In this document: positions 11,045-22,580 of the stretch, piece by piece | How the letters are laid out: each line of letters starts with the position of its first letter | How positions within the stretch are numbered: the stretch's first letter is position 1 | Assembly (NCBI GenBank): GCA_963753975.1 | Contig: CAVWEH010000002.1 | Location: 384,001 to 448,000 of the forward strand | DNA from: an uncultured delta proteobacterium | GTDB lineage: Bacteria; Desulfobacterota; Syntrophia; Syntrophales; Smithellaceae | Length of the DNA stretch: 64,000 nucleotides | Direction: 5' to 3' | Notes under the pieces: model-generated | What the model was told of the DNA's origin: nothing | Seen by the model: the letters and a program-made list of their open reading frames with translations, nothing else | The model's database searches: none | Made by a program: the position numbers and the translations under genes

Positions 11045-12199
11045 TCATTCATCGACCGGTTTAGGCGCGGCATCATCTTTGGGCTGAACCTTATTATTGA
11101 TGACCACGGCACTGCCCGGCTTCAACTTGAAATGGCCGCTCGTAACAACAATATCGCCTTCTTTGACTCCGCTTAATATAGCCACCTGATCACCGCGGGT
11201 CGGACCAACAGTAACGAGAGTTTGTCTCACGGACAACGCCTCGTACCCCGATGCATCCTTTGCTCCCTTTTCGACGATAAAAACCATTTCTCCATAAGGA
11301 TTGAAGGACACAGCAGTCTGCGGCAGCGTCAAATACCTTTGTGTACCGCCCGTTTGAATTTCGACGGCAACGTACATCCCCGGAAGTAAGTCATGCCGGG
11401 AATTGCTGATTACCGATTCCACCTGAAAATTACGCGTATCCGGATCGACTTTCGGATTGATTGTTGTAATTCTTCCCTGAAAGGAGCGCCCCGGATATGT
11501 ATCGCTTACAGCTATGATCACCTGCCCTTTTTTAATATGTCCCAGTTCCTGCTGCGGCAGATAGAAATCATTATAGAGGGCATCAAGTGACTGCAACGTA
11601 ACGATCTTATCGCCGGGATTCAAATATTGCCCCAGATTAACGGCGCTAATCCCCAGCCGTCCGTTGAACGGCGCACGAATGAATTTTTTTTCCACCAGTG
11701 CTTTTTGCTGATCCAGCTGCGCCCGTTTACTCTTCAGATCGGCCTCGTCGGCATCAAGAACGGCCCGGCTAATTGCCTGAACGGCATACTGTTTGCTGTC
11801 TCGGTCGTAGACGGTTTTCGCGAGCTCAGCAACTGCCTCCAGGGAATGCAGCAGCGCTATATCCGAATCGGCATTGAGCTCGAGAAGAAGCTCGCCTGCG
11901 CTGACATTTTGTCCCGGCTTAAAATTAATAGAACGTACCAGGCCCGCTATTTCACACGTCACATCGACGCCGCGAACGGCGCGCAAGCTGCCCACAGCCC
12001 TAAGTCGCGGCTGCCAGCTTTTGAATTCCGCTTTTGCTGCTGTTACTGTGACGGGAGGCATTTTTTGGCTGGCCATTGATTTCTTGATCATCCGCATCTG
12101 GAATGTCTTGTATCCCAAAATACCGCCGAAAATGACTCCCACTGCCAGAAGCATGATCACCATGCCCCGGATAATTTTTTTTCTTTCGTCAGAGATCAT
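11045..12199 (-). CDS. RND efflux periplasmic adaptor (MFP)
   Basis: N-terminal TM, IRAPFNGRLG, lipoyl-like halves; between OMF and permease. Confidence 0.93.
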   Translation of the reverse strand: MISDERKKIIRGMVIMLLAVGVIFGGILGYKTFQMRMIKKSMASQKMPPVTVTAAKAEFKSWQPRLRAVGSLRAVRGVDVTCEIAGLVRSINFKPGQNVSAGELLLELNADSDIALLHSLEAVAELAKTVYDRDSKQYAVQAISRAVLDADEADLKSKRAQLDQQKALVEKKFIRAPFNGRLGISAVNLGQYLNPGDKIVTLQSLDALYNDFYLPQQELGHIKKGQVIIAVSDTYPGRSFQGRITTINPKVDPDTRNFQVESVISNSRHDLLPGMYVAVEIQTGGTQRYLTLPQTAVSFNPYGEMVFIVEKGAKDASGYEALSVRQTLVTVGPTRGDQVAILSGVKEGDIVVTSGHFKLKPGSAVVINNKVQPKDDAAPKPVDE

Positions 12200-13752
12200 G
12201 GAGATTTCTCCTTTAAAGGGTCTGCTGTTTCGGTATCCCGCGATTCGTTATTCCACCACCCGCCGCCCAGCGCTGCAAATAGGGCTGCCGTATCCGCAAA
12301 ACGGGCCGCCTGCGCCTGAACAAGGAGTATATGAGCTTCCTGATATTGACGCTGGGCATTAAGCAAGGAAAGATAGCTCACCGCACCCAATTGATACTGC
12401 TTCTGAGAAAGGTCAAGTGATTCTTGTGCGGCCTTTTCAGCGGTCGCTTGAGCCTGTAATGTCAGTGCGTCTTCTTCCAGTGCGCGCAGAACATCAGCCA
12501 CATTTTGAAAAGACTGCAAAATTGTCAGCCGGTATTGTGCCAAAGCCTGATCGTATACCGCTATGGCTGCGCGCCTCTTTGCTGTCAGAGTCCCGCCGTG
12601 AAACAGGGGTTGCACCACTCCCGCCCCGAAATTCCAGACAATCGCACTATTGTCGAAAAGATCACTGATGGTGTTGGAAGAAAGTCCGTAGGATCCTGTC
12701 AGCGTAATTTTGGGGTAGAGATTGGCTGTCGCCACACCAATTTCTGCGCTTGCGGCATGCAGCACCGTTTCGGCAGCCTTAATGTCCGGACGCTGATGCA
12801 CTAATGATGAGGGCATACTGACAGGTAGTTCCTGTGGTAAAGACATCGACTCCAACTCAAATTCGGGAAGCTGTATTTCACTGGGAAGTTTTCCAACAAG
12901 CACGGCAAGCTGATGGCGGCTAAATGACAGATTTTTTTCCAGTGCTGGTAATACTGCTTGACTTTGCGCCAGTTCGGCCCTTTGCGCCAGGACATCAGAA
13001 AGAGATACGGCCCCGGCCTCATAGCGTTTTTCGACAAGCTCCAATTGTTTTTTCTGAAAATCGATAATTTCCCCGGTCGCACTGAGCTGCAAGCGCAGGG
13101 AAGCTTCAAGCAGCGCGGTTGTGACGATATTGGAAGTGAGAATGAGATAGGCGGCTTCCAACTGATATCCCTGATACTCCACCTGGGCATCGAGGGCTTC
13201 CAATTCCCGTCTTTGCCCGCCGAAAATATCCAATGTGTAGGAAACGCCGACTGCGACATTAAACAGATTGAAAGAATCGATCGTGACATTGGGCTCTCCC
13301 AGGGAGGCGCCGGATATTCTCTGACGGCTGGCCGAAAGGCCGACATCGATCGCGGGCAGGAGTGTTCCGAATTGAGCGTTGCGGTTTTCGCGGGCTTCGC
13401 TCAACCTCGCTTTGGCCAGTGCCACACTCGGGCTTTCCCGAAGCGCGGTTCGGATCAACTGATCCAGAGCTGCCGATCGAAACAAAGACCACCACTGGCC
13501 GGGGATATCCTGTCCCGCGATGAACCTTTGTTCTGCACCGCCTGTTACTTCTGCAGCGACCGTTTTTTCCGGCAGCTGAGACTGTGTATATCTCTCGACC
13601 GAAGGAGCGTCAGGAGCACGGAAATCAGGGCCTACGGCGCAGCCGATTAACCAGAAAGAAAAAAAAGCTGCGAGCAGAATTTGCTCCCTTTGCCTTGAAA
13701 ATACATTTATATTCATGAGAACGCTCACGATTATTATTATCCGGCCTGCCAT
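12196..13752 (-). CDS. Efflux outer membrane factor lipoprotein (NodT/TolC family); start uncertain
   Basis: LIGCAVGPDF lipobox, QRPDIKAAE, ALGGGWW. Confidence 0.93.
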   Translation of the reverse strand: MAGRIIIIVSVLMNINVFSRQREQILLAAFFSFWLIGCAVGPDFRAPDAPSVERYTQSQLPEKTVAAEVTGGAEQRFIAGQDIPGQWWSLFRSAALDQLIRTALRESPSVALAKARLSEARENRNAQFGTLLPAIDVGLSASRQRISGASLGEPNVTIDSFNLFNVAVGVSYTLDIFGGQRRELEALDAQVEYQGYQLEAAYLILTSNIVTTALLEASLRLQLSATGEIIDFQKKQLELVEKRYEAGAVSLSDVLAQRAELAQSQAVLPALEKNLSFSRHQLAVLVGKLPSEIQLPEFELESMSLPQELPVSMPSSLVHQRPDIKAAETVLHAASAEIGVATANLYPKITLTGSYGLSSNTISDLFDNSAIVWNFGAGVVQPLFHGGTLTAKRRAAIAVYDQALAQYRLTILQSFQNVADVLRALEEDALTLQAQATAEKAAQESLDLSQKQYQLGAVSYLSLLNAQRQYQEAHILLVQAQAARFADTAALFAALGGGWWNNESRDTETADPLKEKSP

Positions 13753-13966
13753 TCCCGAGGATAAGGTGATCGGGATTAATTTTCCCAGTCTTTTCGGGTA
13801 ATGACAACTACTTCCAGGATTAATTAGCTTAAAAAGTTAATCGGAACAAGGGTAGAATATCCGTAGTTTATTGGTAGGGAAACGCTCTTGTGATATCGTG
13901 TGGTTTTAGAAAACTTCGGCGCGAAATTTTTCCCCATCTGGCTTTTCCCGACAACGTTTATTCCCC

Positions 13967-15079
13967 CTAGCGGGAATTGTTGTCGTTCATAAGCAAGACC
14001 GGCTTGATAGTCTTGCCTCTCAGAGAATCATTCATCGCTCGATTGACATCCCTAAAATTATAAAATTTTAAAAGATGATCAAAAGGAAATTTACCCGATT
14101 GGTATAACTTGATCAATCGAGGAATAAATAATTGCGGCACCGCATCACCTTCGACTACAGACAGAGCCTTTTTCCCCTTCGGCACAGAATCGGGGACGTC
14201 GTCGCCGGTAAAGAAGGCTGCTGTGCCGCGTTTTTTTATCACCTTGATAGCAAGCCGTAACAGCCGGGGACTGCCTGTAATTTCGAGGACATAATCAACG
14301 CCGCCCATAATAATGCCATTAATGCTTGAGGCAACATCAGCACGCTGACTGTTGATGACATGCGTCGCACCCATCTCCAGAGCCAATTTGAGACGAAGAG
14401 GATTAGTATCTACTCCAATAATCGGACGGGCGTGAACGATCCGCGCCGCCATGACAGCGGCTAGGCCCACTGCACCTGTGCCGAAAATGGCGATGCTTTC
14501 GCCAGCCTGAACGTGAAGCATGTTCATGACGGTGCTTGCACCTGTTTGAATCCCACACCCCAGCGGCGCGAGAATTTTCAGCGGCAGTTTTTTGGAAACT
14601 TTGACTATATTGCGTTCAGTTGCCAGAATGTAGGAAGAAAATGAGGACTGGCCGAAGAAATGTCCGTGCACACCGCTTTGCTCCAAGGCATTGCTGCCGT
14701 CCAAACGGTGAAAGCCGAAATTCAGTTCGTAAAATCGGCGACATTTTGTCGGCCGCCCGCTTTTGCACGAACGGCATGTACCGCACGATTGATAAGACAT
14801 AATGACATGATCCCCCGCTCGAACAGCCTTTATTTTTTTACCAATCAGTTCAACAATGCCCGCGCCTTCGTGCCCCAAGACCTGCGGGCCGTCAGCTTTC
14901 TCCCAGTGATGAACCATGCTGATATCCGTATGACATACGCCGGAAGCGACCATTCTTATGAGAATCTCTGCATCGCGTGGGCCTTCCATACTGAGTGTTT
15001 CGATCTTAAGTGGCCCGCCTTTTTTACGCAAAACAGCGGCCCGAATCTTCCTCGGCGTCATATTCTTGAAGCGATCCAT
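13967..15079 (-). CDS. Zn-dependent NAD(P) alcohol dehydrogenase (aryl-alcohol DH-like)
   Basis: GVCHTD, GHEGAG, CxxCxxC...C, FFGQSSFS, GTGAVG; AGGAGG RBS before ATG 15079. Confidence 0.9.
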   Translation of the reverse strand: MDRFKNMTPRKIRAAVLRKKGGPLKIETLSMEGPRDAEILIRMVASGVCHTDISMVHHWEKADGPQVLGHEGAGIVELIGKKIKAVRAGDHVIMSYQSCGTCRSCKSGRPTKCRRFYELNFGFHRLDGSNALEQSGVHGHFFGQSSFSSYILATERNIVKVSKKLPLKILAPLGCGIQTGASTVMNMLHVQAGESIAIFGTGAVGLAAVMAARIVHARPIIGVDTNPLRLKLALEMGATHVINSQRADVASSINGIIMGGVDYVLEITGSPRLLRLAIKVIKKRGTAAFFTGDDVPDSVPKGKKALSVVEGDAVPQLFIPRLIKLYQSGKFPFDHLLKFYNFRDVNRAMNDSLRGKTIKPVLLMNDNNSR

Positions 15080-15346
15080 TATCAACCTCCTCGCAGGCCA
15101 AAACGATAAACTTCTTTTTTTATAGTTCCCGCCGCTAAAAGCCGGAGTAACGAATTTAATAATTTATAAAATTGTTTATTGCAATACTCAAAGATAAATA
15201 GCGGATTGTCATGTCGGCATAGCGACGGAATATTCCTTTTAATCTGAGCTTTAACAATGTATAATAATTACATTAATAATGACTCGCGGCTGATTATACT
15301 TCAGGGAAACATTTTCACCATAAAGCTCAGGGGAGATTAATGGACT

Positions 15347-18300
15347 ATGGCTGTTAAACTCAAATCATCTGGTAAATCTAAATCAGCAGTTAAATCAATA
15401 TCAGTTATGAAAAAGACATTAAAAGTCAAACCATACAAAAAATCAACTTTCAAACAAAACGATTTTGCTAATCTGGCCAAAGCAATAATATCTAATGTTT
15501 CCGTCGGCATCTATATAATTCAAGACGGAAGGTTTGTTTACGTAAGCCCTCTTTTTCAGCGGCTCAGTGGCTATTCACATAGCGATTTATTAGGCACAAA
15601 CCCCCTTGATCATGTTCATCCCGAGGATAGAGAAATGGTGAGAGAAAGTGCCATAAAAAGCCTGAAAGGGAAAAACGGCGGTTATGAATACAGGTTCAGG
15701 AGGAAGAATGACGAATCAATATGGGTTTTGGAAAGGGTCGCTTCCATCACGTATAAAGGAAAGCGGGCCGTGCTCGGCAGCTTTATGGATATTACCGAAC
15801 ACAAGCGCATGGAAGAGATATTACTCCAGAGTGAAGAAAAATACCGGACTATTCTGGAAAATATCGAAGATGGCTACGTGGAGCTCGATCTCAAAGGCAA
15901 CTTTATTTTCTTCAATGAAGCCCTTTGCAGAATCCAGGGTTATCCCCGAAATGAATTAATAAAACTAAATTATCGTGATCTAATGGATGAAGAAAATGCC
16001 AAAAAAATCCGTGAAAAATATAACAAAGTATACACCACAGGTGAATCCGAAAAAGAAGTTCCCTATGAAATTATTACCAAAAGCGGAGATAGAAGATATT
16101 TAGAAACTTCGATAACCCCCATGAAAAACGCCGCTGGCCGGATATTTGCGTTTCGGGGCATTGTGCGGGACACAACCGAGCGCAAGCGAGCGGAAGAAGC
16201 GCTGCAAAAAGGTGAGGAGAAATACCGCAACATTTTGGAGAGCATCCAGGAAGGCTATTTTGAACTTGATCTTGCCGGTAATTATACTTTCGTCAATGAC
16301 GCTAACTGCTAGATATCTGGGATATACCAAAAAAGAATTGATCGGAATGAACTCCCGAAAGCTTTCAGACGATGAAAACTTTAAAAAAGCGCAACAGTAC
16401 TACTTAGAACTTTACCGGACAGGCAAACCGATAGAAAACCTGGAACTGGAGTGTATTAAAAAAGACGGAACGACGGGAATTTATGAAACTTCGGTAACTC
16501 TTATCAGGGACAATAAAGGTAAATCGGTTGGATTTCGGGGTGTTTCTCGCGACATGACCGAGCGCAAGCAGGCAGAAGAAGCGCTAAGCCAGAGTGAAGA
16601 AAGATATCGAACCATCATCGAGCAGATGGAGGACGGTTATTTCGAGACTGATCTTACCGGTAAGTTCACCTTTGTTAATGATGCAGAGTGCAGAAATATC
16701 GGATATACCCGTGAAGAATTAATCGGCCAGAATCGAAAGCTGTACACGGATGAAAAAAACGCTAAAGCGTCGGTCCGCCTCTTTATTGAAGTCTACGAAA
16801 CAAAAAAGCCGGTTACAGCATATGATTTAGAAATTACCAAAAAAGACGGGACTAAGGCCGTCCATGAAATATCCGTGTCTCTGATAAAAAATCCCAAAGG
16901 GGAAGCAATTGGGTTTCGCGGTATTTCCCGTGACGTCACCAACCGCAAGAAGCTGGAAGAAAAAATAAGACAGTCCGAAGAAAGATATCGAACCATAATC
17001 GAACAAATGGAGGACGGTTATTTTGAAACCGATCTTTCCGGTCATTTTACCTTCGTTAATGAAGCGGAATGCAGAAATCTCGGATATTCCCAAGAGGAAA
17101 TGCTCGGCATGAGTAACCGACAGTATACCGATAAAAAAAACGCTAAAATGTTAGTCCAGCTCTTTGTTGAAGTCTTCAATACAGGAGTGCCCGTTAAAGC
17201 CCATGACCTGGAACTTATCAAAAAAGACGGATCTATATCTTATGATGAAATATCCGTATCTCTCATCAGAAATTCCCAGGGTGAACCTACCGGTTTTCGT
17301 GGTATTGCCCGCGACATCACCAAACGCAACTTATTGGAAGAGAAGATCAGGCAGTCCGAGGAGAGATACCGAACCATTATCGAAGAGATGGAGGAATGGT
17401 ATTTTGAAACAGACCTAACCGGCAACATAACTTTTTTTAACGATATCTTCTCCAATGTCCTGGGATATTCCCAAAAAGAGCTAACCGGCCTGAATTTTCG
17501 AGACTTCATCAAAAAGGAAGATTTAGATTCGGTCTACAGGTTGTTCAATCAGGTTTTTAAAACAGGCAAGTCGACCAAAAATTTCCCTTATGAATTTGTC
17601 CGGCCGGACGGCACTGTCACCTCTGCCGAGTTTTCTATTTTCCCCAAACGGGACCAAGACGCCAAGATAGTCGGTTTTCGCGGAGTGGGACATGATATCA
17701 CTGAACGCAAACGCGCCGAAGAAAAGATTCAATATCTGGCCACACACGACGCGCTGACAGGGTTGCCCAACCGCTTAATGTTCAATCAACTGCTGAATCA
17801 CGCTATTCAGGCGGCGCGTCGTTATACGCGCCAGTTTGCTGTCTTATTCATTGATCTGGATCGTTTCAAGATTATCAATGACACTCTGGGCCACGAGGCG
17901 GGCGATCAATTACTACAAGAAATTGCCGCGCGCTTGAAGCAAACTCTGCGGGCAGTCGATGTTGTCGCCCGTCTGGGAGGAGACGAGTTTGTAATATTGA
18001 TTGAGGAGTTAAGCGATTTGAGTCAACTGGAAACGGTATCCCACAGAATACTTTCCGCCGTTATTAAACCTATGACACTTATAGGCGAAGAATGCCGCAT
18101 AACAGCCAGCATCGGGATCAGTATATTTCCGAAGGATGCCGAAGACGAACAATCGCTGATGAAAAATGCCGACATAGCCATGTATTTCGCCAAGGAAGAA
18201 GGCAAGAATAATTTTCAGTTCTACTCTATGGATATTCAATCAAAATCGTTAGAACGTCTGTCGATCGAAACACACCTGCGCTATGCCCTGGAGAAAAATG

Positions 18301-19037
18301 AGCTGTCTTTGCACTACCAGGCCAAAGTTGACTTCAAAACGAATGTGATAACCGGTGTGGAGGCTCTCCTGCGCTGGCAGAACCCATCCCTGGGCTCAGT
18401 CTCTCCCATGCAATTCATTCCGGTGGCCGAAGAAACAGGATTAATAGTATCGATCGGTAAGTGGGTAATGAAGATGGCGTGTGAGCAAAATGTTGCCTGG
18501 CAAAAGCAGGGTCTGCCCGTTGTTTGCATGGCGCTAAATTTGTCGCTGCGGCAACTCATGGATGAAAATCTTATAGATGATATCAGAACAGCGCTGAATG
18601 ATTCCGGCATGCCGCCGCACCTTCTCGAGTTGGAAATTACCGAAAGCATGGTGATGCAGAACCCCACGCGCATGATTGCCGTGTTAGCCAAAATCAAGAG
18701 CGTGGGTGTGCGGCTGGCTATCGACGATTTCGGCACCGGTTACTCATCTCTTGCCCAGATCAAGCACTTCCCTGTGGATACGCTGAAGGTGGACCGATCA
18801 TTCATCCGTAACATCCCCCAAGATGCCGAGGACAAAGCGATCACCGAGGCGATTATTGCCATGGGCAAAACTCTCAGTCTTACCGTCGTGGCCGAAGGCG
18901 TGGAAACTGTGGAGCAAATGAATTTCTTAAAAGAACATTCCTGCGATGAAATGCAAGGCTACTACTTCAGTAAGCCTATTGCGCCCGAACAGTTTGCCGA
19001 ACTCCTGCGCAAGCATGTTCCCTTTCCGCAAAAGTGA
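15347..19037 (+). CDS. 6xPAS-GGDEF-EAL diguanylate cyclase/phosphodiesterase, +1 frameshift at ~16310
   Basis: Six PAS/PAC units; RxxD I-site and GGDEF; EALLRW and DDFGTGYSS intact; an extra T in aac tgc t aga tat joins the two ORFs. Confidence 0.92.
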
Positions 19038-19153
19038 ATCTGAAGAGCAACCCGATATCTATGGTGCCTCTGTATTTGATTTTTGATTGATACCGGAAAT
19101 CAATTTTGGCCGCTCAGGTGAGCGGCCGTTATGATCACGGGCATAAGGATATA

Positions 19154-20140
19154 TTATTTGAAGCCCTTTTTTACCGCCTGGGCTTTAAATTTTTTCTCGC
19201 CGAAAATCAAATCTTGTTTTTCGATAAATACTTCCGTATCCGGCGGCACGGAATGAGTGATCCAGACGTTACCTCCGATAACCGAACGATCGCCGATAAC
19301 CGTCTCACCGCCAAGGATGGTCGCATTCGCGTAAATGATTACGTCATCTCCAATTGACGGATGGCGCTTTTTATTCCGTAAACGCTGACAGTCTTCTTTC
19401 GAGAGAGACAAGGCCCCCAAAGTGACTCCCTGATAGATACGCACATTGTTGCCTATCGATGCCGTCTCTCCGATGACTACGCCCGTCCCGTGATCAATGA
19501 AAAAGCTCTCCCCAATCTCGGCTCCCGGATGGATATCTATACCTGTGCGACTGTGAGCATATTCCGTCATGATGCGGGGAAGCAGAGGCACTTTGCTACA
19601 ATGAAGCTTATGGGCAATGCGATAAACCATTATTGCCCAGAGTCCCGGATAGCTGAATATTATTTCATCATAGCCTTTCGCTGCCGGATCTCCGTAGTAG
19701 GCCGCACGGACGTCTTTCGCTAAAAGTTCCCTTAATCCGGGAAGGCCATTCAAAAAGGTAACCGTTGTCTGATGCCCCAGATCTTCACAATTTACGCAAG
19801 GTTTATTCTGGCGAATGCATTCATGCCGTATAGCCAGAATAATCTGCTCTGAGAGTATTTCATGAAGAGCGGTAATTTGCTGACCCAAGTAATATTGCAG
19901 ATTGTTTTGATCCAGTCTCGTCTTGATGAAGTAGCCGGGATAAAGAACAAGTGCCAGACGTCGCAAAATATCGATCATGGCTTCCCGATACGGTATCGGT
20001 TCCGCACTCACATGATTGAAGCAGCCTTCCCTATTGCAGGATAATACGAGTTTATTAACAATACCCGGAATCTTTGTCCGGAAATATCTTACGGAATCAA
20101 TTTCTTCTTTACACTTTTTGTATTGGCGGGGATTCTTCAT
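19154..20140 (-). CDS. cysE: Serine O-acetyltransferase (CysE/EpsC type)
   Basis: GDPAA, TGIDIHPGA, FIDHGTGVVIGET, KRHP. Confidence 0.93.
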   Translation of the reverse strand: MKNPRQYKKCKEEIDSVRYFRTKIPGIVNKLVLSCNREGCFNHVSAEPIPYREAMIDILRRLALVLYPGYFIKTRLDQNNLQYYLGQQITALHEILSEQIILAIRHECIRQNKPCVNCEDLGHQTTVTFLNGLPGLRELLAKDVRAAYYGDPAAKGYDEIIFSYPGLWAIMVYRIAHKLHCSKVPLLPRIMTEYAHSRTGIDIHPGAEIGESFFIDHGTGVVIGETASIGNNVRIYQGVTLGALSLSKEDCQRLRNKKRHPSIGDDVIIYANATILGGETVIGDRSVIGGNVWITHSVPPDTEVFIEKQDLIFGEKKFKAQAVKKGFK

Positions 20141-20155
20141 TAATCCAAACGCTCC

Positions 20156-21337
20156 TTATTGATTGGTACAGGCTTGCTCGGCCTGCGTCCAGTAAGGCGA
20201 CATGCCGCGCAGCCGGTCGATGATCGCCGGCATTTTATCAATAACAAAATCAATTTCTTTTTCCGTATTATAAATACTCAGGCTGAAGCGGATGGAACCA
20301 TGGGCCATAGTGAAGGGAACGCCCATGGCGCGCAGAACATGTGAAGGCTGCAGAGAGCCGGAAGTGCAGGCGGACCCGGATGAAGCGCAGATTCCATGTT
20401 CATTCATCAAGAGCAGAATCGCTTCCCCCTCGACATACTCGAAGCTGATATTTGTTGTGTTGGGCAGACGGTTGGCCGTGTCTCCGTTAACGCGGCTTTG
20501 AGGAATTTTTGTCAGAAGCTGCTTTTCCAGTTTATCTCGCAGGCGCGGGACGTAAGTATTCTCTTTTTCCATGTTTTTGGCGGCAAGTTCACAAGCTTTC
20601 CCCAATCCGATGATACTGGGCGTGTTTTCGGTACCGCCGCGGCGCTCGCGCTCCTGATGGCCGCCGATGAGAAAAGGAGAAAATTTTGTTCCCCGGCGAA
20701 TGTAGAGAATACCGATACCTTTGGGAGCATGCAATTTATGCCCGGAAATCGAAAGCATATCGATAGCATTTTTTTTCATATTGATCGGAATTTTTCCGGT
20801 GGTCTGAACGGCATCGGTATGAAAGAGAATGCCCCGTTCATGCGCCATTTGAGCCGCTGCGGCGACCGGAAATACTACTCCCGTTTCGTTGTTTCCCCAC
20901 ATAAGGCTGACAACGGCAGTATCGGGAGTCATACTTTTTTCCAGATTTTCCAAATCCAGGAGGCCATTCTTATCCACCGGCAGTTCCGTCACGCGATAGC
21001 CCTGCGTCGCCAGGTGCGCGCACAAAGCGCGAATGGCGGGATGTTCGACACGGCTGGTTACGATATGTTTTTTATCCGGACGAGTCGCCAGCGCCGAGCG
21101 GATGGCGGCATTATCGCTCTCTGTTCCGCAGCTTGTAAAAATAATTTCGTCCGGCAGCGCACCTATCAGCGCCGCCGCCTGCTCGCGGGCTTCCCGAATT
21201 TTTTGTGCCACCTGTCCGCCGAAAGAATGCATGCTGGAAGGATTGCCGTATAAGTCGCGAAAATAAGGAAGCATGGCTCGCAGCACTTCTTTGGCGACTT
21301 CGGTCGTGGCGTTATTATCGAGGTAAATTATGCTCAT
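20156..21337 (-). CDS. nifS: Cysteine desulfurase NifS
   Basis: YLDNNATT, SGHKLH (PLP Lys), SSGSACTS; ATGA overlap with nifU. Confidence 0.96.
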   Translation of the reverse strand: MSIIYLDNNATTEVAKEVLRAMLPYFRDLYGNPSSMHSFGGQVAQKIREAREQAAALIGALPDEIIFTSCGTESDNAAIRSALATRPDKKHIVTSRVEHPAIRALCAHLATQGYRVTELPVDKNGLLDLENLEKSMTPDTAVVSLMWGNNETGVVFPVAAAAQMAHERGILFHTDAVQTTGKIPINMKKNAIDMLSISGHKLHAPKGIGILYIRRGTKFSPFLIGGHQERERRGGTENTPSIIGLGKACELAAKNMEKENTYVPRLRDKLEKQLLTKIPQSRVNGDTANRLPNTTNISFEYVEGEAILLLMNEHGICASSGSACTSGSLQPSHVLRAMGVPFTMAHGSIRFSLSIYNTEKEIDFVIDKMPAIIDRLRGMSPYWTQAEQACTNQ

Positions 21338-22158
21338 GAAGGCACCTCCTCGATTACCAGGTCGGGCGAGACAAGCTCCCGCAAACGCTGCTCCACAAAG
21401 TTTTTCAGAGTTATATCCGAAGCCTTGCAACTGGCACAGGCCCCTCTTGTCGCCACAACTACCCGATTGCCGATCACGTCAATGAGTTCGATATCTCCGC
21501 CGTCGTGTTTCAGCGAAGGCCGAATTTCCCTTGCCAGAGTTTCCTCGATCATTCGGATTTTCTGAATATTGGTAAGTCTCTGCTTTCCCTGCCCTTTCGG
21601 TTCACTCTTCACGCGATCGATTATTTTCTGAATTTCGTCATGACAGCCGCCGCAGCCGCCCCCCGCCTTGGTATAATTCGTCACTTCCTCTACGCTGTTC
21701 AGGTTGTTCTCCCTGATCGCCTGCTCGATTTCGTTGTCTGTAACGCCGAAACACTCGCAAATAATTTTGGCTCCAGTCTCGGCCGCCGGAACCCCCCGAT
21801 AATTCTCGATTGCTTTTTCGAGCGCCTGCTTTCCCATTACGGAACAGTGCATTTTTTCTTCGGGAAGACCGCCGAGATATTTGGCGATATCCTGATTGGT
21901 CACTTTCAAAGCTTCTTCCAGCGTCATTCCTTTGATTATTTCGGTAAGCGCCGAAGAAGATGCAATAGCACTGGCACAACCGAATGTTTTGAATTTAGCT
22001 TCTTTGATTTTCTTATTCTCATCCAGCTTAAACGTCAGTTTCAGAGCATCGCCGCAGGCAAGCGAACCTACCTCGGCAACCCCATCAGGGTTTTCAATTT
22101 CGCCGACATTGCGCGGATTGAGGAAGTGCTCTTTGACCTTTTCCGTATATTCCCACAT
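21334..22158 (-). CDS. nifU: Fe-S cluster assembly scaffold NifU
   Basis: IscU domain (CGD, FGCAS, KMHCS), central CxC...CxxC, C-terminal Nfu domain DGGD...GACxxC. Confidence 0.96.
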   Translation of the reverse strand: MWEYTEKVKEHFLNPRNVGEIENPDGVAEVGSLACGDALKLTFKLDENKKIKEAKFKTFGCASAIASSSALTEIIKGMTLEEALKVTNQDIAKYLGGLPEEKMHCSVMGKQALEKAIENYRGVPAAETGAKIICECFGVTDNEIEQAIRENNLNSVEEVTNYTKAGGGCGGCHDEIQKIIDRVKSEPKGQGKQRLTNIQKIRMIEETLAREIRPSLKHDGGDIELIDVIGNRVVVATRGACASCKASDITLKNFVEQRLRELVSPDLVIEEVPS

Positions 22159-22263
22159 AGTTTACTCCTTGAAGACCGGATCGTAACTTAATAATTTGTC
22201 TATTACCATTTAATCGTAAATAATTTCTTTAATCTTAATTAAACAAATTAAAAAACTTAATTT

Positions 22264-22346
22264 TGTCACTTCGACCGAAGGGAGAAATCTTTTAACATTA
22301 AATAAGATTCCTCGTCATCCTCCTTATGGCGGATTCCTCGGAATGA
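22264..22346. repeat. REP-like palindromic element (GTCA-type doublet)
   Basis: tgtcacttcgaccgaagggagaaatct...agattcctcg...ctcggaatga inverted arrangement. Confidence 0.45.
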
Positions 22347-22386
22347 AAAATATTTTTCAAATATTTCATTATAATCAAGTTACTTT

Positions 22387-22415
22387 TTGGTGGAGGCGGC
22401 GGGAGTCGAACCCGC
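22387..22415 (-). repeat. Displaced copy of tmRNA 3' end (att direct repeat)
   Basis: 29 bp ttggtggaggcggcgggagtcgaacccgc identical to 24925-24953. Confidence 0.93.
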
Positions 22416-22580
22416 TATCCGCCATCTAACTACATAATTTAATTAATTATTTATCGCGGCTGCAACCGTCTTGCAACCACTTCAACCAAAAGTTACACAT
22501 AAAATATAACCTTATACCCAACATTGTCAATGTAAAAAGGAGGGGATAAAGTGAAAAGACTAAATTTTTTATTTTTATTG

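Noticed and set aside
19154..22158. Nitrogen fixation cluster
   Set aside because: nifU-nifS alone is the general Fe-S assembly system in many anaerobes; no nifHDK in the window.
22387..22415. tRNA gene
   Set aside because: Only T-arm and acceptor 3' strand are present; it is the duplicated tmRNA end.
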